A stretch of DNA of 64,000 nucleotides from Octopus vulgaris (Eukaryota): contig OX597835.1 in the NCBI GenBank assembly GCA_951406725.2, positions 18,724,001-18,788,000 on the forward strand. Direction: 5' to 3'. The stretch's first letter is position 1. The number at the start of each line of letters is the position of its first letter. The notes under the pieces are model-generated. The model had not been told where the DNA came from. It made no database searches and worked only from the letters and a program-made list of their open reading frames with translations. Position numbers and translations under genes: made by a program. Shown piece after piece: positions 55,770 through 64,000 of the stretch.

Positions 55770-56764
55770 TTAGTGTAGGAAGAAATGGAGCTGAACGAAG
55801 ATTTAACAAAATTCCTTTTTATTATTTTCTACATATGTTTCAAAGGCTGCAAAGTCCCTATTTCGGATTGAATAAGGAGACCATTTTGCAGCCTTCTCTT
55901 CAGGAAAATCCAGGAACTTAATTCTCCAACAAAATGCACATCAAACTTTTCGACAAACGCTCGCGAGGAGCCCATGGGATAAATGGCACAGAACTGTCTC
56001 TCAATATGCGTTGACGCCAGGCTGGGTGAAAGCAGACGAAAAAGTCCGTTGAGATAAATCAAGGTCAAAATCCGGCTAACAGGGGGGAGGGTTACAGGAA
56101 AATCAAGGAGTGAGTATGTATTCTGTATGACTGGTGTTAAAATTCGAATTGTTTTAAGAATGAGTGCTATAGCGTTTGGGTGTGAGAAATTGCCTACATG
56201 TATGTGTGTGTGCGCCTATGTATGTGTGGCAGTGTGTTTAGAAGGCTGCAAGGGAGAGAGATATAGCAGCTATTAATGGTCAAGCAGCTGAAAAAAACTG
56301 TGTCTGTGTGTTCGTCTGTAACCAGTTGGTAGAGGGATGGAATGTCAACAATGGGAGGATAACAGTGACATCCCTGAAGGCAGTTCTAGATAAGTAGCAG
56401 TTCTTACGCTAATAGGGGAGTGATTTCCCCTTACAAATTTAATTCAATTTTTTTTTCTTTTCTTAGGAAATCAAGGGGTTAACTATCTTAGACTTCATTG
56501 GAATGCAAGAAATGTGTGCCGCCTCCAGTGCGGGCATCTAAAAGAATTTTCCACAATCGAGTTAACAAGTTGCCCTCGGGCGAACAGAATATGAAATAGT
56601 TCTGAGTTGCAAAGATTACAGATTCTATTGCCTCTATCAAACGGTAAAGACACCGATAAAATCGACCATTCCAGTCTAAAGGTTGAATTCGCGTTCTTCA
56701 AACGCCAGACTAATTTACTTAGTCCAGTAGCGTGTTGCTTTCTAAAATCGCGAAACGTTGAGAA

Positions 56765-56765
<1 letters not shown>
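55770..56765 (-). mobile_element. 5'-truncated Penelope-like element (GIY-YIG C-terminus plus pLTR with hammerhead), inserted in (TA)n
   Basis: ATGLSKLVWRLK...LEWSIL...PF..GNRICNLCNSE..IL...N...CPH (56495-56765) matches the PLE endonuclease tail; (TA)n on both sides. Confidence 0.9.
55824..55909 (-). ncRNA. Type I hammerhead ribozyme motif with extended stem II
   Basis: AUUUUC-CUGAAGA-GAAGGCUGCAAA...UUUGCAGCCUUU-GAAA-CAUAUG-UA-GAAAAU; GUA cleavage triplet. Confidence 0.88.
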
Positions 56766-56797
<32 letters not shown>

Positions 56798-56801
<4 letters not shown>

Positions 56802-56970
56802 TGTTTATGTGTATGCATATGTTTCTGTGTCTCTGTTTGCCCCAACCCCAACCACGCTTAACAACCAATGCAAGTGTGTTTACGTCCCCATGACATAGCG
56901 GTTCGGCAAAAGGGACCGATAGACTAAGTACTAGGCTTATGGCAATAGTCAAATGACTGATACAAATACG
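56798..56970 (+). mobile_element. Family-C SINE, 3' part
   Basis: gtgtttacgtcccc...tagcggttcggcaaaag..accgatag...gtcaaatgactga. Confidence 0.82.
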
Positions 56971-57395
56971 AGAGTAATAGAGACAAAAAGAGAGTACATT
57001 TGCATATTTACATATTTACACACGCACACACACACACATTTACATATATATATATATATATACATGTGTGTGTGTGTGTGTGTATATATAATATGTATTT
57101 TATGCATATTACAAACATGAAGATAATAATGACGATGATGATCATGAGGATGACGACGACAATGACAACCTCAATAATGATGATGATGGTGGTGACGGTG
57201 ACTATGCTCTGACGGATGACGATGGCAACGAAGCGTATTATGAAGCACACTGTGTAGAGAATGCACGAAATGGTTTATATGTGTATTATTTTCCCGATTA
57301 TATCTCCCAGTCAACTAGGAAATACCACTTTTATACATTTTTTTTCGTACTGTGCCTAGACCATGATTAATCACAACTTGGTTATTATTTGCTCC

Positions 57396-57792
57396 AGGAG
57401 TGGCTGTGTGGTAAGTAGCTTGCTAACCAACCACATGGTTCCGGGTTCAGTCTCACTGCGTGGCATCTTGGGCAAGTGTCTTCTGCTATAGCCCCGGGCT
57501 GACCAATGTATTGTGAGTGGATTTGGTAGACGGAAACTGAAAGAAGCCTGTCGTATATATGTATATATATATAAGTGTGTGTGTATATGTTTGCGTGTCT
57601 GTGTTTGTCCCCCCTAGCATTGCTTGACAACCGATGCTGGTGTGTTTACGTCTCCGTCACTTAGCGGTTCAGCAAAAGAGACCGATAGAATAATTACTGG
57701 GCTTACAAAGAATAAGTCCCGGGGTCGATTTGCTCGACTAAAGGCGGTGCTCCAGCATGGCCGCAGTCAAATGACTGAAACATGTAAAAGAG
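57396..57792 (+). mobile_element. Family-C SINE, near full length
   Basis: Near-identical to the 38522 copy. Confidence 0.93.
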
Positions 57793-58387
57793 AATGGTTT
57801 ATTTTCTGACTGTTAGACGAATTGAACGACAATGTAGATTATACGTTGATTTCTTCTATCTTCTATTTGACTTGGGTTAACGCCAGTACACTCATTGGAT
57901 CGATGCGTACATTTCTAATACTAACTGAAAAGAAAATCCTCCATTCTGTTTTAGCTAATTCATGTCCATGATGGTTTTTTGCTAATTGCTGAGAGCTGAC
58001 TACCTAGGTTTCAGCGAAACTATGACGCGTAAATGAATTCTGGAGCCAAAAGGCAATCGGGATAATAAACGTTTCTGTCATGTAAAAAATTAAGCGATGG
58101 AGTTTTTCATACTTAGGTGCAGTTTATGCACCGAAAAGCAATCATGTGAGCCATTTTTCACTTTTCTATCAAGGTGTGTAATTCAAACGTTGTTAATAAT
58201 AGCTAACCACGATAGTTCCGTATCGGTTTGCCCAATGTCGAATTATTTGAGTTTCGTCGAAAATTATCAGCTAATATACTTCAATACTTGTCGGATATTT
58301 TTTTACAAATACTTACATATAGCATTATCGAATTTAGAGCACTGTCCAAGCGACAGGATAATACATGTTTCTTCGTTAATTCCGATG

Positions 58388-58449
<62 letters not shown>

Positions 58450-58485
58450 TATATAAATATATATACATGTATATATATATACATG

Positions 58486-58516
<31 letters not shown>

Positions 58517-58523
58517 GTGTGTG

Positions 58524-58580
<57 letters not shown>

Positions 58581-58699
58581 ATATATATATACGTTATATA
58601 CATAATTGTACCAAGGGATTGCATAAGCCTCAACATGTGCTAGAAATTGACGCCAAAAGACGTTAATACCACCTTAAAACTCCAAAACATATAACACCT

Positions 58700-59285
58700 A
58701 TAAGGTTTTAATTTCCGCACTGACCCCTTGGTGAAATCATTAGTGATTTTTACCCGTTATTATAAGCTATTATAATTAATATTAAAAAAATTTACTCCTT
58801 GATCAAAGCTTGATTCACTGCAATGTTATTTTGATATATTGCGTGTGGCTGAAAAGAAGGATGGGATGACTACTTTACTGTATATTTTTAAGTGTGTGTG
58901 TATATATATATTGATGTACCAAGTCGCCGCTCTTATACGTACGTGTAGATGCTGGTGAATTTATGCCACCGCGTAACGTTGCTGAAGATAGAAGTAGCCT
59001 GAAACGGGATCTTGTACACGTTTAACCAAAAGTTTAATTCATTATCTTTCTGTTCCTCGACTACAGCCCGTGTTGTTTTGGTTGGAGATTTTTAAGGTGG
59101 CTTTAGCATCTTTTGGCGTTCATTTCTAGCGCATGGAGAAACGTATAGCCAATCACTTGTTATAATTATGTTTACAGTTATTATGATATTTCTAAAATTC
59201 AGCAATAAAGTTTTATTTTCCCCGCTGAACCCTTGGTAAAATCATTAAAAACTTTCACCCTGTATCTTAATTTATTAAAATTAAT
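58700..59285 (+). mobile_element. Decayed relative of the 14 kb pLTR element (direct repeats around a broken hammerhead)
   Basis: ctga.cccttggt.aaatcatta...tt.accc occurs at ~58720 and ~59225 and resembles the reverse complement of ~14088-14133. gctgaagatagaagt...gaaac (58981-59005) matches the 14.4 kb gctgatgatagaagt. Confidence 0.5.
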
Positions 59286-59305
59286 ATATATGTGTATATA
59301 TATAT

Positions 59306-59342
<37 letters not shown>

Positions 59343-59451
59343 GAGAGATATACATACATATATATGTGTTTGTATATATATATATATACTTATACGTATA
59401 CATATATATATATATATATATATATGTATACATATACGTATATATATATAT

Positions 59452-59509
<58 letters not shown>

Positions 59510-60684
59510 TATAGGTATATCATGCCCATATTATGATAGGTATATGCACATATTTAGATGCGTATTTATGTATGTAAATATATAAAGAAATAGAAAGAGA
59601 GATAGAGAGGTAAAGACAGACGTAGAGAGATATGTCACTACACTAATTGCATTATTATCTTTGATGAAGAAGAGATCTCTCAGTATATGGTCATTGTTAT
59701 TTAAAGATAATTTTACAGGAATATTTTTATCATATCTATCTTCAAATTTGATTGTAAAGAGAATATAATTAATGGAAAGAAAATTTGGTTTATATTTTTT
59801 TAATTTTGTTCAGGAGCTGAAATAATTCATTATGAGTCATTATTTAAATGTAATATGAATTAGCGAATATATCATATTATTTGCTTTTTAATCTTTATCA
59901 TGAAAATATCATAGACTGCCTTCGTAAACTCGATTTCTTTTTGTACTTATACTATAGCTAATGCGGTTTCTAAACACCCATGTATACTAATAGATGTATA
60001 TGAATAGATTTCACTCTCAGTTGTTTAATAAAACAACACGCTGCGCATAATCGCATGGAAATTCTTTTAACCCTATACTATACACAATTTAAGCAACAGC
60101 TGCTGTTTTCCCGTATTCCACTCTTTCCATGACCTTTCTGATTAATGAAAATTTTATTATATAACTCGAGCTGCATTCAGACTGTTGCAGTCGTACAATG
60201 GTGTTTCTATCGTCTATTTATGGCCTGAGACTTCTGTTATCAAGAGAATTGCATTTTACGGTGTTCATTTTAAATACAGAAGTGGCAGATTTTAATGCTC
60301 TACAAGGGTTTACCTGTCGCAGAATTCCGTTGCTATGATTATAGATACTTAAGTGCAAAATAAACCGTTCGACCAAATTATTTGTTTCTGTTGTTTCTCA
60401 AAGTGTCCAATGCAATGCAGTATGATTTTTCGAATAATATCTATTTTTCTCTTCAAACTTATGACAAATCAAAGTCAACAGTACAAGAATGAGAAATGTG
60501 ATTAAATAAAAAGTAAATATACCTTACACTAAAATGCGAGTGTGTATGTTCGAATGGATGTCGGGAAGCACATACCTACATACGTAAATATATATATATA
60601 TACTCATGCAAAAATATATATACGTATATGTTTCTCTCTCTCCCTATATATATAAATTTATATGTATGTATGTATGTATGTATG

Positions 60685-60776
<92 letters not shown>

Positions 60777-60804
60777 ATGTATATGTATACACATACATGT
60801 AGAT

Positions 60805-61100
60805 GTATCTGTGTGGGAAAAAGTTTGTCTAACCAACCACATGGACCCGGGTTTAGTCCCACTGCGTGGCATCTTTCGGCAAATGTCTTCTATATTCTCG
60901 GGCTGACAAGAGCCTTTTGTGCCTGTACTTTGCCCCACCCCGCCTACGGCCGATGTTGGTGTGTTTACATATCAGTCAGCAAGCGGATCGGCAAAAAGAC
61001 CAATACAATAAGTACCAGTCTTACAAAGAATAAGTCATTGGGTCAATTTGTTCGACGCGGCGCTCCTGCATGGCCGCCTTTAATTACTGAAACAAGTAAG
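60805..61100 (+). mobile_element. Degenerate family-C SINE, followed by an opposite-strand fragment at ~61130-61310
   Basis: ctaaccaaccacatgg.cccggg.ttagtcccactgcgtggcatc...actgaaacaagtaa. Confidence 0.8.
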
Positions 61101-61384
61101 TATAAGATGTATGTGAATATATATTGTAGTTAAGCTGGGGCACTGTCTTGAAAAATTTTAGTCGAATGAGTCAACACTGGTTATTTATTTCCTATTTCTT
61201 AAACCTGCTACTTATGCTGTCTGTTCTCTTTTGCGGAACTACTAGGTTATATGAACATAATTGCACCAAATCCGTGTGTCAAAAGGTGATGCGGGACAAA
61301 CACATGCACTAAGAAATACAACTATACTTATACATATATACATCCACATATATGATTACAAATAAATGTTCTATATCCTTGGTG

Positions 61385-61430
<46 letters not shown>

Positions 61431-61610
61431 GAGACAAAACCACTATTTTAAAACCAAACAAGGAAATACTTAATCAATACATAAAATTTTAATATAAATT
61501 AAATAAACCGCCACTACAAATGTTTCATGTCTGCTAAAAGACGAAGGCAGGTGGAATACAAACAAACAATTGTATTAGTATGGCGCTCAGGAATATAAAT
61601 AAAACAAGAA

Positions 61611-61644
61611 TTTTACGTTTCGAGCCTACGCTCTTCAACAGAAA
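61611..61644 (-). ncRNA. Minimal hammerhead-like motif with a CUGUUGA core, in a family-P repeat at ~61545-61720
   Basis: UUU-CUGUUGA-A-GAGC-GUAG-GCUC-GAAA-CG-UA-AAA. Confidence 0.65.
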
Positions 61645-61725
61645 GATACACAGAAAAGAAACACGGAGAGAAACAAGGAGAGAGAAAAAATGCGTGCAGA
61701 AGCTAGCGAATCAACACGGCGATAC

Positions 61726-61759
<34 letters not shown>

Positions 61760-62321
61760 ATATATATGTATGCATGTATGTATGTAAATATATATGTACG
61801 CATGTATGTATGTATATGTATATGTATAATATGTATGTATGTATTTATGTATGTCTGTCACTTACTCTCTCACTCTCTACATATTATACATACAGAGCAA
61901 AAAGTCAGGGAAGAAAGAGCGGAGAAAACATATGAACGAAATGGTGGGGAGAAGAATTCATGAAAGTTCAAAATTGACGCGAAAACGATTGAAACGAAAT
62001 TCTGTTTGAGGAAGTTAGAAATGCGTGTAAACTTCTTATTCCAAATTTCCATGCTTTGTCAAATTATTTATCTAATTGGTCTCAAATTTAATTGCAGCCA
62101 ATTCCATCATGTTTTACTTTCCTGAAAATCTAATCAGTCTCCGAGCTATTAAAGAATTATTAATATGATTAAAGCTAATACGAACTGCAATTCCTAAATA
62201 CTATCTTGGGAATATAAAACACAATTTGTTTCACTGTTTTTTTTTTTGTTTTTTTCAAAAATTCCTTCATTAATACTGTCACTCGAAATAGACAAGAAAT
62301 AATCTTTAATAATCTGGAAAA

Positions 62322-62388
62322 TTTTAAAATCATAAACTATTTTAAAATCATAAAAAAATTTTAAAATCATAAACTATCATAAACTATT
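62322..62388. repeat. Short minisatellite, (ttttaaaatcataaacta) about 3.5 copies
   Basis: Seen directly. Confidence 0.8.
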
Positions 62389-63159
62389 TTTTTTTTTGTT
62401 TTTTTATATTATCATAATTGTTAATTTTGTAGTCCTTGTCATATTTGAAAAATTCAGAAAATATTATTCCTTATTCTTTTTGTTGAAATATTTTATTTCT
62501 TGATTTTCAAAAATTAAAAATTCATACATGCTAATTGTATATTTTTTTTTTTAAAAAGTAACTTCAATGAAATAAATCTTACATTTGGTGATTTTTTTGT
62601 TGACATGTAGCGAAAACAGAAAGCTAATAAGATTCTGAACAAATATATTCTGCAATGCAGGAAATACAATGCTGTTGTTTAAATTCTGCTTAAACGGACA
62701 TATAGTCAGACCGGTTCCAAACATGAACAGTTTAGTATAATGCGTTCAGTTGTCCTTTGAGAAACATCGTAGCTGTTATTTCTCAGAGGTCAGCGAAATT
62801 AAAAATTATTTATTAGCTTTCGATGCCTTGGATGTGTACAAAAAATTTCGGTACAGAATGCGCAACACCTAATTCACGTTGAGCAACAGTGATATTTACT
62901 CAGAGGGGCTCAAGGAAACAGACGTTTGCTGACTGCTCAGCTATTGACACGGTAAAACCGTCAATACACACACACACACACACACACACAGACATACACA
63001 CACGCACACACATATATGTATATACATATATATATGCATGTATATATATACTCATATTATACATACATATTTATACCTCTAAATGGCGGTGCCCCAGCAT
63101 GGCCACAGCTTGTGAAGCTGAAACTTGATAAAAAATAAAAAATAAAATAAAAATACATA

Positions 63160-63246
<87 letters not shown>

Positions 63247-63282
63247 GTAAATATAATATGTGACAATTATTCGTTAGCCATT

Positions 63283-63341
63283 ATAAAACTTCGAGTTTCG
63301 GATGTCGGGGCGGAAACCCACGCCGGCATCTCTTCAGTTAT
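63283..63341 (-). ncRNA. Type I hammerhead-like motif with GC-rich stem II
   Basis: AUAA-CUGAAGA-GAUGCCGG...CCGACAUC-C-GAAA-CUCGAAG-UU-UUAU; near-palindromic stem III; adjacent to (TA)n. Confidence 0.68.
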
Positions 63342-64000
63342 CAGGCGATCGAAAAAGATGCTATGAAAACGACCGTTAAACAATGGGAATTTACTGTGTG
63401 ACTGACCGTTACTAAGACAAAAGAGCTACTAAGTAAGGGGAGGCAGTAAAGGTAAAGGAGTAAAAATGTTCATAGTAATCGCGGAAAGCGCACATGTCCG
63501 TACATACACATGTGCACTAGCACACCCACGTACCTGCGTCTAAATGTATATACTCATCCACCCTCACTTGAAACACACACATAGACGCACGAAAAAGGAA
63601 GTTTCATACATACGAAAAAGGTTCATATACGCACATGCACAAGACACAACAGGGCTAAAGGCAAAATACAGAAAAATGTGTAAAAAATATGCAATAAGAT
63701 TAGAACGCATCTATATAGGCACATACTCGCATGCACGCACACACAACTATATACGCACATACTCGCGCACACGCACGCATCAAGAGGTCTGCACAAAAAA
63801 TCCATATACACGTTTATATACGCACAGGAAAAATGCAGGTTGTGTAAAAAATATATGAGCAATAAAACTATATACCAATATCTGTATAAATATGTAAAAA
63901 TATAGAAGAAATGTTTAAGAAATATAAGTAAAAATTATATAGAGAGAAGAAGCTTGTACGTGGACACAATATACAAAGCGAGTCCTATCTGTAAACTTGG

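Noticed and set aside
55478-56970. A single family-C SINE split by the Penelope insertion
   Set aside because: The two halves overlap in consensus position (both contain the tgtgtct.tgttt..cccc segment), so this is not a clean split.

Overview
This is AT-rich, microsatellite-dense eukaryotic intergenic or intronic DNA. The SINE families and repeat landscape point to an Octopus (cephalopod) genome, which is an inference from recognised repeats and not from a database search. Almost all ORFs in the supplied track are translations of (TA)n, (TG)n, (ATT)n, (ACC)n and (GAA)n repeats. The real coding signal comes from decayed transposons: Penelope-like elements (RT and GIY-YIG fragments), RTE and R4/Dong LINE 3' ends, a Gypsy gag, a mariner end and two non-autonomous Helitrons, among more than 25 tRNA-derived SINE copies or fragments. 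The most notable structure is a set of hammerhead-ribozyme motifs (about 7 well formed plus several decayed, in 4 families) in Penelope-type terminal repeats. One family forms a perfect 210-bp palindrome carrying a ribozyme on each strand (36717-37137). There is also a head/body/tail-shuffled SINE network and a weakly supported, phase-consistent spliced small gene on the minus strand (about 27.7-32.7 kb) with a Dong-LINE cluster in one intron. No confidently identifiable host protein-coding gene, tRNA, rRNA or CRISPR array was seen.
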